From Pristiophorus japonicus (Eukaryota), in assembly GCF_044704955.1 (NCBI RefSeq), contig NC_091984.1, positions 177,754,001-177,818,000 of the forward strand: a DNA stretch of 64,000 nucleotides, given 5' to 3'. Each line of letters starts with the position of its first letter. Positions within the stretch are counted from its first letter, which is position 1. The notes under the pieces were generated by a model. The model had not been told where the DNA came from. It saw only the letters and a program-made list of their open reading frames with translations, and searched no databases. Made by a program: the position numbers and the translations under genes. Positions 1 to 12,700 of this stretch are shown here, piece by piece.

Positions 1-410
1 ATCAATAAACAGCTGAACGCACTGGATACATTAAGGGCTATGGGCCTCAATATCAATCCAACTATAGTGCTGATGACTTGTCCTCCAGAACGATCTGTGC
101 CTCCAGCCAAGCTGTTCCAGTGCAGCTGCAACACTGGCATATACCCAACAAAGCGGGAAATTGCCCAGGTATGTTCTGTCCACAAAAAGCAGAACAATTC
201 CAATGTGAACAATTAACGCCCCATCAGTGTACTCTCAATCATCAGAAAAGTGAGGTGACATCGGCAGTGCTATCAAGTGCCACTTGCTCACCAATAACCT
301 GCCAACTGATGCTCAATTTGTGTTCCACCAGGATCATTCAGCTCCAGACCTCAAAAGAGTCTTGGTCCATTCATGGATCAAAATGTTCAAAATCCAGACT
401 TTCCAACAGG
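1..410 (+). mobile_element. LINE RT-region fragment, same family as 40830-42470
   Basis: Decayed match to KAMGPD..CAPEL..AQVCPVHKK coding sequence at 40940-41300. Confidence 0.75.
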
Positions 411-641
411 TGTTTCTTAGTAACAGAACACCCATCATAAGCTGGTTACACACTTTGGCTACAATAGCCCTATGCTTTCTGCCTGTGTGCTCTCTAGACC
501 ACAAGTTTCCTGGCCATTAAAATGATTGAGGGGGAATCACGGGCTACCGAGTGTACTAGCAGAAACGCAGACCGGTTGTCCAAAAGTTGATAACTCATTA
601 AAAGGGGAGAAATCTGCAATGAACGGAATTAATTTACTTAC

Positions 642-754
642 TTTGGAGTGCTTAAATAACTTGTACCATCTTCCCAACGCCACACACCTTCATTTATCAT
701 GTCAGTGAGTCCAATCCAATAAAACTGGGAATCGGCTTGATTAACAAGGAAATC
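642..754 (-). CDS. CTLD exon 2 DFLVNQADSQFYWIGLTDMINEGVWRWEDGTSYLSTP(K)
   Basis: WIGL and WxWxDG motifs; 113 nt phase 0/2; cacag acceptor, gtaagt donor; absent from the ORF track. Confidence 0.95.
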
Positions 755-3700
755 CTGTGATGCAATTGGATATCACTTTAAGTACACCAAGTTCAAGCAT
801 ATCCAATAAAGAATGACAATAAACAAAGGAGTAGAAATTCATTTTCGGGGGGATCCCATTATATGCTGTGCCCGACACAATATTCAGTTCTTCTTACTTG
901 CATTGACAAAAGGGCTTAAATTCCCTTCTTCCACACCTCCCATTGGAGCCTGGGGCACGGGGTGGTGGGGGGACGTGCGCTAATGGGGCACGGAAATTGG
1001 CTAGTGCCCTGTCAGGCTGGCATGGGTGATGCTGGTGCCAGCCTCACAGGTCTCGAACCGGGCTGGTGACCCATCGCGGAGTTAAACTTAAAGGGGAGGT
1101 GTGCTGCGCCATGCACGGCCATTTTCGTTTTCTCCAGACTCATTGGTCGGGCCGATCACCGCTCCTTTCTTCGGGTCCGGGACACCATCGTGCAGCCCGG
1201 CACTCCACTTGGTGACAGACTGTGGCCACGTCACCCCTTAGCCCTGGTCGCCCAGTGGAGGCCTTCAACTAGCCTGTAAAGTTCTCAGCGTCCCTCCCCT
1301 AAATGGAAGGTGAGGGCCGTTGTAATGAGTCAATGCTACGTGGAGAAGATGCACAAGTAGCGCCCCCGAAACCGCCACAAAGGAAACTGGAATGTAATGT
1401 CACATGCTCCACTTTCCTTTGTGGCGGTTTCGGTGGTGCTACGTGTGCAGCTTCTCCAGGTAGTGAGGGGCAGTAACTGCAATTTTGCAGCTGGGGCTGG
1501 AGTTCCACCCTGGGTGCAGGAAGTCCCATGCCCCCGCCAAACAGGGCATAACCGAATTCTGCTCCCTAAGCATTTAATTTAAATAAACAATATGGTTAAT
1601 ACCAATAACCCAAATGTAAAGTATGCCTTATGTGCTGTCGTCGATAATGTCAAAAATCTATTGTTTCAGCCAGAGATTAAATGGGCTCTAAGTACTTCCT
1701 TTGCTGTTATGTGTCATGTTCTCCCTTTCTTACTTAAAGAACTGACTTTTTGCATGGCTCACGATTCCACCAGAGGATTTCAGTACTTGACCTAATTGAC
1801 CCTTCAACACGAGAACCTATAGGTTCAAAGCTGATAGTCAACACAGATCAATCCCATATCGTTTTTCCCGTGCATTAATGGACGGACATCAATCAAGACT
1901 GAGACCAACAGTGGGAATAATTTCCACTAGTTTCATATGAAATAGGACAATGGCAGAGATGCAAAACAGACAGAATGGTGAGGGATTAAAATGCCGTCGA
2001 ATTCCAAGGGGAGGTGTTTAGACTTTCTCTTGTTGGAGATGGTCATTGCCTGTCACTTGTATGGTGTGAATATTACTTGCCACTTATCAGCCCAACCTAA
2101 ATGTTGTCAAGGTCTTGCTGCATGCAGGCATGGACTGCTTCATTGTCTGAGGAGCTGAAAATGGAACTGTTTCTGCCATCCCTTTCCTGCCCTCCACGTC
2201 TACGCTTATCTGGTTCCCACAAAGAGAATCTGTTTGCTTTCAAAATTCAACCTGCTAATTCGAAGAAAATCAAATTACTGCAGGAAAAAAAAAAGATAAA
2301 AAAACATTAGGAGCGTAAGGTGCAGACTTGAGAGAGAGCATGGCCCGGGAGCATCAGGGAAAGAGGTAAAAGAAATAAAGTGAGTTCGGCACAAAGGAAG
2401 AATCTGATTAGTGAATAGCTGATGAGTATTCTTTTGCCCAGATAAGGAACCATTCTTAGTTTATTTCTGGTAAGTAGTCTAATAAATAGAGGCATGGCAG
2501 GGAAACTCAGTCCAGTCGAATGCACATCCTGTGACATGTGGGAACTCCAAGGCACTCCTCGTGTGCTGGATAATCACGGGTGCAGGATGTTTCACTGCAG
2601 TGCATCCGCGAGGCTGAGAGTTAAGTGTATAACATGTTTCAGGAGGTGGTCACCCCCAGCTTAAGAGTGTGCAGGCAGAGAGGAAATGGGTGACCACCAG
2701 ACAGATAAGGAGTTTGAGGCAGGTAGTACAGAAGTCCATTGCATGCATCTTGCTGCCGAACCAGTATTCAGTTGTGAATATTGATGAGGGCGATGGTTCC
2801 TCTATGGAATTCAGGCACAGCCATGTCTATGGCATCATTGGTGGCTCAGCTCTCCACGTGGAGGATGAAGGGCAATAAGGCAAAAGTGATAGGGGGTTCC
2901 ATTGTTAGGGGAACAGAGAAGTGTTTCTGTGGTCGCAGACGTGACTCCAGGATGGTATGTTACCTCTCTGGCACTAGGGTCAAGGTTGTCACTGAAAGAC
3001 TGCAGAACATTCTGAGAGGGGAGGGTGAACATTCGGTACCATTGACAGAGGTAGAAAGAGAGATGAGTTTGTGCAGGCAGATTTTAGGGAGCTAAGAAAT
3101 AGATTAATAAACATGACCTCAAAGGTTGTAATCTCCGGATGACTCCTGGTGCTATGTGCTAGTGAGTAAAGAAATAGAAGAATAGAGCAGATGAATGTGT
3201 GGCTGGAGAGATGGTGCAGGAGAGAGGGATTTACATTCCTGAGTCATAGGGGCTGGTTTTAGGAGAGTTTGGACGTGTATAAGCCAAATGGATTGCAGCT
3301 TAACGGGGCCAGGACCAATAAACTCCAGGGGTGGGGGTTGCTAGTACATTTCGGGAGGGTTTAAACTAGCTTGGTGGGGGGATGAGAACCTGAGCATAGA
3401 TTCAGAAGGGAGAGAAGCAAAACTGAAAATGGAAGGCAGAAAATTAGTAAGCGAGTATGAATGGCAGAGGAAACAAAGGCTAGAAAATAGACATCAATGG
3501 AGTTTTGTAGTGCTTAATGGAATATACTTCATGTAAGGAATCTGGTGAATAAGGCAGATGAGCTGAGGACACCGGTAGACACATGATATGATATAACTGC
3601 TATTATTGAAACATGGCTTAAAACAGTGTTTTCAGACGAGATATAGAGAGGGTGGATAAAAAGAGGAGGGGGGTCACAATATTGGTTAAGGGAACAATTA

Positions 3701-6700
3701 CAGCTGTGACGAGGGATGATATGTTAGAAGAATCATCAAATGAGACCACATGTGTTAAACTGAAGAACAAAAAATGGGCAATCACACTGCTGGGAGTGTA
3801 TTATAAACCCTGAACAGTCAGAGGCAGATAGAAGAGCAAATATATAGGCACATTTCTGAGAAGTGCAAGAACAATATGGCAGTAATAATAGGGGAATTCA
3901 ATTAACCTAATATTAACTGGGATAGAATCAATGTAAAAGGTATAGCGAGCGAAAAATGCTTAAACTGCATTGAGGAGTTTTATTATAGCCAGTACGAAGC
4001 AAGCCCAACAAGAATGGCGTTGGGGGTTCGGGGGGAACGGGTAGTGGCGGCGGGCTGGGGGACACGGGGGTAGTTTTAGGGAATGAAGCTGTAGAAGTGG
4101 AAGGGGTATCAGTGGGAGAAAATTTTGCTGGTAGTGATCATAGTTCAGTTAGTGTAGATATGCAAAAGGACAAAGATAGACCAGGAGTAAAAGTTCTCAA
4201 TTGGGTGAAGGCCAATTTTACGAAGCTGAGATGTGATTTAGCAAAAGTGGACTAGAAACAGCCACTTGAAGGTAAATCATTGTCAGATCAGTGGGAGGCA
4301 TTCAAGGGGGAGAGAGTGAGGATTCAGAGCAAGTATGTTCCCTGGAAGAAAAAGAGTGGAAGTTCCAATTCTAGTGCCTGCTGAATGTCTAGCAACATAC
4401 AGACAGGGTAGGATATGGAAAAAATGGAAGGTTTGTCAGACGCCATGAGCTCAATGCTGCAGAAAGCCTATAGAACTATAGAAAGTGCGGGAGTGAAATT
4501 AAAAAAAGGAAATTAGTAAAGCAAAGAGAGGCATGAAAAATTATTGGCAAGTAAAGTCAAGGAAACTCAAAAATGTTTTATAAATACATAAATAGCAACA
4601 GAATAATTAAGGAAGGGTTAGGGTCTATTGGAGACCATAAAGGTAACATGTGTGTGAAGGAGGAAAGCACAGGTATGGTGCTTAATGAATACTTCACGTC
4701 GGTCTTCAAAATAGAGGGATAATGCAGACATTGTAGTTAAGGAGGAGGAGTGTGAAATATTAGAGGAGATAAACGTAGTGAGAGAGGAAACATTATGGGG
4801 GTTGGCATCCTTGACAGTAGATATATCGCAAGGACCAGATGAAATATATCCCAGGCTGTTAAGGGAAGCAAAGGCGGAAATGGCAGAAGCTCTGTCCATC
4901 AATTTCCACTCATCTCTGGCTACTGGCATGGTGCCAGATGTCTGGAGCACTGCTAATGTTGCACTATTATTTTAAAGGGGAGAAAAGGGTAGACTGAGTA
5001 ATTACAGGTTGGTCAGCATAACCTTGGTGGTGGGCAATTTATTGGAAAACATTCTGAGGGACAGTACAAATCGTCATCTATAAATGCACGGATTACTCAA
5101 GGACAGTCAGCATGAATTTGCTAAGCAAAGCTCGTGTCTGATTAACTTGATTAAATTGTTTGTGGAAGTAACGAGGAGAGTCGATGAGGGTAGTGCATCT
5201 GCTGTAGTATACATGGATTTTAGCGAGGCATTTGACTAGGTCCCACGAGGCAGACTGGTCAGAAAGGGAGAAGCCCATGGGATCCATGGGAGAGTGGCGT
5301 TAGATCCAAAATTGGCTCAGTGGCAGGATGCAACGGTTTTGGTGGTGGACTGCTGTTTTTGTGACTGGAAGTCTATTTTCAATGGGGTTCCGCAGTGCTC
5401 AGTTGTTGGCCCATTGTTTCTTGTGGTATATATCAATAATTTAGACTTGAATGTAGGAGGCATGATTATGAAGTTTGCAGATGAAACAAAACATAGGCAT
5501 GTGGTTGATAGTCAGGAAGAAAGCTGTAGACTGCAGGAATATATCAATGGACTGGTCAGGTGGGCAGAACCGCGGCAAATGGAAAACAATCCTGAGAAGT
5601 GTGAGATAATGCATTTGGGATGACACAATAAATGGTAGGATACTGAGAAGTGTAGATTAACAAAAGGATCTTGGAGTGCATGTCCACAAATCCCTGAAGG
5701 TAGCAGGACAGGTAGATAAGACAGTTAAGAAGGCATACGGATTACTTTCCTTTATTATCCGAGACATAGATTATAAGAGCAAACGTTATGCTAGAACAGT
5801 ATGAAATACTAGTTATGCCAAAGCTGGAGTACTGCGTACAGTTCTGGTCACCACATTATGGGAAAGATGTGATTGCACTGGGGAGGGTACAGAGGAGATT
5901 TATGAGGATGTTGCCAGGACTGGAGAATTTTAGCTTTGAGGAAATATTGGATAGACTGAAGTTGTTTTCTTTGGAATAGAGGAGGCTCGGGGGAGATTTA
6001 ATTGAGGTTCATAAAATTCTGAGGGGCCTAGATAGAGTGGATAGTAAAGAACTATTTCCCTTCGCAGAAAGGTCAACCGACAGGGTGCATATATTTAAAG
6101 TAATTAGTGGAAGGATTATAGGGAATTTGAAAAGAAATGTGTTCATCCAGAGGGTGGTCGGGGTCTGCAAAGGCCTGAAAGGGTGGTTGAGGCAGAAACC
6201 CTCGTCACATTTTAAAAATATTTGGCTATGCACCTGAATGCCGTAACCTACAAGAATACGGACCAAGAGCTAGAAAGTGGGATGCTAGCTGACTCTTCCA
6301 AAGCCGAATGGCCCCTTCTGTGCCTTAAACCTCTATGATTCTATGAATGTTACTTTAAACTGACATTTCCTTGCAAGCTTAACTTTGTCTGTAAGGTTTT
6401 GTCGACCTAATCAAAACCATGTGTTAGTCTGTATCACACAGAATAAATTCATAATACAGATATATTGATACTTCTGTATTGTTAAACTATTTACATCATT
6501 TCACACTAGATGTTCTGAGCCTCCTGCTAAGTCATGCCCCATGTACCTCTGTGATTTGTACACTTCCTCCTTTACTATAATATTCTATGTTAACTATCTC
6601 AATATTCCCTTTACATTTGCAAAGCTTTTAACATATTATACAATACACTATCCTACATAATGCTTTTGTTTTCTACTGGTCAACAAAACACAGGCGGCAC

Positions 6701-9700
6701 ATTTAGATATTTCCTTTCAGTTTCAGACTTAAATTCGTGGTCATTTTGGAAAGTAAATTATAAGGAAGAGGAAGAACATGCTGATGTAATATTTCCATAG
6801 AAATAATGTCATGCGGGATGTATGTGTAGACTCCTTTTTTCTGTATGGGGGGTCTTGTTTTTTGTGTATGTGGAGAAGTTTCACCTTTTGCTTATGCTTT
6901 AATTATTTGGAGGTCTTGCATTTTTATGTAGGAGGTCTCATAACTTTGACTGTGGGGTGGTTACATTTCCGCATCACCTTGTACAGTACACTCACTACGT
7001 TTGATGTGTGAAACCAGCCTTTCGCTCATACGGCTGGACATCACTGACACGCTTTGTAGCAAAGCCACAGCGATGGCCTACTCACTTGCTGTTCTCTACG
7101 TGACTAATTTCTGCAGTACAATTTACACATAGAAACACATACTTTGGTTTACGAGCTAATTAGTAGAATTACAAAGATGTATTTCTCTCCAGAATTATGA
7201 GAAATAAATGATTATTTTCAAGATGTTTATATGTATCGTTTATTTAATTTGACCAGAGAAAATTACCAAATATTCAACATATTTACGTAATAAAGCAGCA
7301 AAGAATAATTATCCCATCAACGAATTTGAAGTTCACAAATATAATTCCAAGAGCATAGTGAAAACTGGATGTGAAAACAACTTCTCACCGAACAGAAAGA
7401 TAAGTAAAACGTTAAGTGAAAATGTCGATAGAATTATTTTCAGATAGTACATGTAAATCGTATTATGGAGAATATGTATCATACCTGTTCCATTCTACTG
7501 TTAATCACAACCATATTCGATAGGCTTGATTGGCAAGCTTTTCTTGCATTTGCAAAGTTTTCTTTGGATGTCGAAAAGAAATAGCATTTCCCGGCTAACA
7601 ATATCCAATGTTCCGGACACAGATTCCTAGCTATATAATGAATCATTATGCTTGTTAGTATCACTGCATGTTGTACATTACATTATGTTGATTTCATCCT
7701 TCCCAATCTTCCTCACGGCTGACTCTCTTTTATTGCTAATAATTCCTTCAGTGACATCCTCTCTCATTCTGATAACTATAGATTCAATTTCAATAAGCAT
7801 CTCTACTGCATCTCGTTGTATTATAATTTGTTTGCCTTTTCGAATCTCTCTTTAGCAACCTTTATTACCAGTTGACTGGAACTTCTCTGCGTCTATTTAA
7901 TGTGACACTTGCCAGGTAACTGACAGACAAAGAGTTGGACCATAAACAAACGTTTCATCTTCTGGGCAGAATTTTTTTACTTGCTGGTATGAATCAGCGA
8001 CGAGGTAATTATTCTGATAGGCTGTGTATTGTCGGAGCAAGGGATCAAGAAGTGAGCTTCATTGCTGAGTGTGGACAAATGGTAAAGAAATCTCATCATG
8101 ATTTCCTCTAGTCGGTATTTCTTGAAAATTCACAGATGCCTCACTTTTAAAAACAGAATTTCAGCTTACTGAGATATACAGGCTGCAGGAAATCTTCATG
8201 GTCACATTTACCAAGTTGTTTCAGGTCACAGTTTTATAGAAAGCAATCCTTCCCCGTATCTCCCTCATTGTGAACACTGCTCCCAATTTTGCTCCTGAGC
8301 CCCACACCATTCTCTGAATGTTTGAATGCGCAGAAAAATTGAATTTTAAACCTCATAGTAGCCTGTGTTGTTAAAGCTGAGTTTTGTTTAAAACTAAATT
8401 CCCAGAATTATCGCGAGGGGTTTTCCGTTCTACTGCTGTAACTTTGGCGGAAACCTTGGAGAAACAGCTAAAAACGGTGGTTTAGGCCACTTCTCCAGGA
8501 TTTCTGTCGAATTACAGTGGGGGAACAGGAGTACGCCACATAAGGTCTCCCCATCAATATTACTATAATGATAAATTCAATATCGTTCCTCAACAATTAA
8601 CATAATCTGCTGTTGAATTGAATCACCATGAGGACTAATATAAAACGAGACCCCGTTATTATCTTGTCAATAAGTCACAACTGTATTCTAAAAAACTGTA
8701 TATTCACAACTTTTTAAAGGTGCAAAAAAAAACAAATGCTATCACTTTGCTTACCATGTGTAAGCAGTTTTCCTCTTTGCACCTGTGACCACAATTCAAA
8801 GTACGGAACTAAGTAAATTTCACCTTATTGCTTCACCATTCTGCACTTTGAAGTTTGGAATCTATAATTTGATCTTGTAACAAAGGTTCTAATTTTATTT
8901 TCAAAATGGCCAAACCATTGAGAATCGGTGTAGGGACATCATGATGATTTAAATCAAAAGCATATTATCTTATGTTGTGTTTGGCAGCACTTTCACCAGG
9001 ATCACTCATGGCATCAAGTAAAGGATAATGGTAAAGAAAAAATAGCCACACGTCACTTCAATTCTATCATTTATGCTAAGAGGCCATTATTCGAGTGCAT
9101 TTGATGCTCTCTAGTATCATCTAACACCAACAAAGTTCATTTTTGGTAAGGAATTTATCAACTTCCTTGTCAAATGTTTAATATAGAAGCCCTGAAATTA
9201 CCGTGTATAATACTAACGCTTAATTGCCACTTGAATTCATTTCTTCCTGATTCCAGCAAGAGTTTGGCGGAGAAATTTAGCTCTATTGCGCCCATTTTTA
9301 GGCAGTCACATAGCCTGCCAATGCTTGAAAATGGGGTCCGAAATGCGCATGCGCACTTCTGATGGGCAGTGCAACGGATTCCGTCTTGATAAGCGGGTTT
9401 GAGCAAGCAGATCTAACGCCCGCCGGCAACAGCAGAGCAGGCAGATTATGACGTCAGTGTGCAATGCTGATTTGACACCAGCACCTCCATTTTTGAACAC
9501 CGCTCCAGCTTACACCCTGTCTTAACATAAAGCTGAACATGATGTTAAATGGCATGAAGGCCCCACCCCCACCAGCGCTACTTAAAAGATCATATACTAC
9601 TTACATGTTGGTTACTGGATTAGTTCTTCTAGCTGCTGGTGAAATTGTACCTGTTTTTTGAGTTTTCCAATAATTGCCTTAAGTTTGAATAATCTACAGG

Positions 9701-12700
9701 GAGTGGCCTGGCTGGTTCTGTGTTGATTTATAAGCTTATGCTGAAACAAGTTGCTTTCAGTCATGGGTGAGCTGGCAGGCGTTCCTCTTGGAATTAAGCA
9801 TGACTGGGAGAATGAACAGAGGCCACGCAGAGCAGGAAAAGCTGTCAGAAGAGGAAACCAGAGTAGGATGGGGAGAAGTGTTCTCAGAAGGCGGCCATAT
9901 CGGTCAAGTGTCTTTAGGGAGCAAATCTTTTACCTCAACTTCAGTGATGAAAAATGCTCGAGACTTCTTCACTTCACAAAATAAGTCGTGAAAGAAATCT
10001 GCCAACTTCTGCAGCCTCAACTGCGCCCTCAAAACAGGTCAATGACCGCATTGCCTGTGGCTGTCAAGGTGACTGGCATTTTTCCTTTAAGCATCTTGCT
10101 ATTTCCAGGCTGATGCTGGAGATATAAGCAGCATCTCGCATTTTCATTGCACTGGTGCACCTGGGAGATCACTGCGGCTCTCCATTCAAAGAGAGCTTCA
10201 TCTCATTCCCGTTTGCCAGAGACAAGCAGGCGGAGTGAGCATAAGGGTGAGCATGGATTGCAGGCTTCACCATGGTGCAGGGTGCCATTGACTGCACACA
10301 TATTGCCTTGCATGTGAACTCATGTGAACTCTGCCATATTCATGAATCAAAAGGGATTCCCCTTCCTCAATATGCAGTTGGAGGGCAACCACAAGCAGTG
10401 CATCATGCAGATTAATGCTGATTATCCTGGCAGTATTCATGAATACTTCATTCTGTGGACGTCCTGTGTCCCAGCTATATTTGATCCACCATGACAAGTC
10501 ATTGTCTGTCTACTTGGTGACAAAGGTTAACCACTGACGTCATGCATCATGGCTCCAGTCCGGATCACGCACACAGGTGTTCAACATGCCTAAAATGAGA
10601 GCTATGATACCAGAAGGAACATTATAGAGCTCACCATCGGCATCCTCAAGCAATGCCTCCACTGTCTGGAACACTCTGGAGGAGCCCTGCAATTCTCAGC
10701 TGAGCGGGTATCAAGATTTGTGGTAATATGCTGCATGCTTCACAACCTGGCCATTAAGAGGGAATAGTCGTTGCCACAAGCTATCAGGAGAGCAGCTGAG
10801 GAGCAGGATCCCGAGGAGGAGGAGCAGGAGGTAAAGGAGGAAGTGAAGGAAGAGCAGGTACAACACAAAGTGAAGGAACAAGAACAGGAAGGGTGGCTAC
10901 ATCACAGCAATCCCATTACAGCCCGGGCTCTAGGTGATGAAATAATTAATGATCGATACCAATAAGCTCAATGATTCCTCGCCATCCAACAACATTACCA
11001 CGTCCCTTTCCTTTCCTCTAACACTGACCAGCAGGATGGTGGCCCCGAAGTGCAAGGAAGCATCTGCAGCAGATCGGGCCTTAAAAGGAGCATACCACTA
11101 CAGGGTACAGCGCGAGCTGGTGCAGGAGGGTGATGGCTATGAAGAGGGTGATTGGATTTGATGTCACCATAAGCCAGGTCGGTGATTGGAGCATGGAAAG
11201 GTACAGCAGCAGCAGTGAGGTCGGGACGAAGAAGCAGCGAAAGATTGCAGAGCGATGTGATTGAGGCCCAGGCGAGGCGTGAGTTTGGGACCCAGATGAG
11301 GCATGGGCCCAGGGGCAGAACGAGCCAGCCCACACTGTGATATGTGTGCGCACTAGGACCATGCAGCAGAGCTGGTCTCCAGTAGTCTTGGTTAACCCGT
11401 GCCACTGGACCAAGACCAAGCTCTGTCAAGTCCGTGTGGTGGCAGGTGTGCAACGGCCACCACATGTTAAAAAAATCCACGCACAGGATCTTCCACCATT
11501 CAATATGCATTTAGGGTCCTTCATTGAAACACCTGTGAACTCATTGAACTCATCCATTTTTGGTGTGAAAGCGGGTCATCCTCGATCCGAGGGACCGCTT
11601 AAGAAAAAGAACATTTATACGACAACATTAAAGTAAAAAGCTCCAGAAAATGCATATTCCAATCCAAATGTACGAATTCAATCATGCCATAATGCAGAAA
11701 AAAATCAACGAATCTACTTTTGCAATCCCTTAGTGCCGTGTGTTTTTGCCTCTCCTGCTGTTCCAATGAGGTGCTTCCCCAGTGGCTGCACTTGCATGGT
11801 GGTAGAAGGCTGCGGTCCTGTAATTGAGGAGACTGCAGAAGGCTTCAGACTGTATCATCTCGGTCTGGACTGCAGCAGTCTCGGCTGGCTGGATGACAGA
11901 CAACATCATGGGCAGACTGACAAGGGTGAGAACAGAAATGTTGTCATCGACAGCGAGGAAAGCAAGTTTGTTCTCCATGGAGCCATTGACTCTCTCCCAA
12001 GGTGGCGCCATAGCAATCCTACTGATCTGTTGCAGAACAGATTGGTGAACTGCAGTGATACCCTGGAATCTGTTTTGAACAGTTGTATCCAGAGTCATGA
12101 TGAGCTTTCACTACAGCACTCATGTCGTTGATGGAAGTTGTTTGTGCTGCAATGGAAGTTGTGACTTCGCTGCATCATGGTGGGTTTCATGATGACAGAG
12201 GTGACCACCTGTTCCATGTTGGCAAGGATGGGCTCCAAGCTCTGTGCAAAGGCCTGTGCCACGTTGGTGCTGGTCTCCTCCATTCTACTTGACATTGAGT
12301 GCAGGCTTTCTGGCAGGCCTTCCAGTGCACCAAGCATTTGGTTATGCACAACCATCAGCCTTCTTCTCTAGCTGGTCAATTGAAGTCCTCATCTGAGCCT
12401 TTTGCAGCAGGACTAGTGAGCGACTTTGCCCTCAATCAAGCTGGTACATGCGCTATCCGTCTCCCTGCCCTGGTTCCTGTGCACTTGTGGCCATTTTCTT
12501 ACCGTGTGCCAATTCCTCCTCGATCCTAGCATCTAAAATACGTGCTGTGCCTGTCTCTGAACCAGTGGCTGTGATTTTAATATTTACTATCGGTATCACT
12601 TCATCTGCACTATCTTCATCCTCTTCCTTTCCTGACTTGGAAGGCTCCAGTTATTGGGTATCAGAAATGCTAAAAGACAATGGGTGGGTTCTGGGGAGGG

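Noticed and set aside
642-7630. Assigning a gene symbol or sugar specificity to the lectin
   Set aside because: The exon with the EPN/QPD and WND motifs is outside the window, and orthology needs phylogeny and synteny.
8837-8861. 25-nt micro-exon resembling a collapsed D exon (ATTCC..GCAGAATG)
   Set aside because: Not frame-preserving, weak donor gtgaag, and too close to the 8755-8808 candidate.
9763-10965. Domesticated HARBI1 gene
   Set aside because: Multiple stops and frameshifts, and it sits inside TIRs with a decayed Myb partner.
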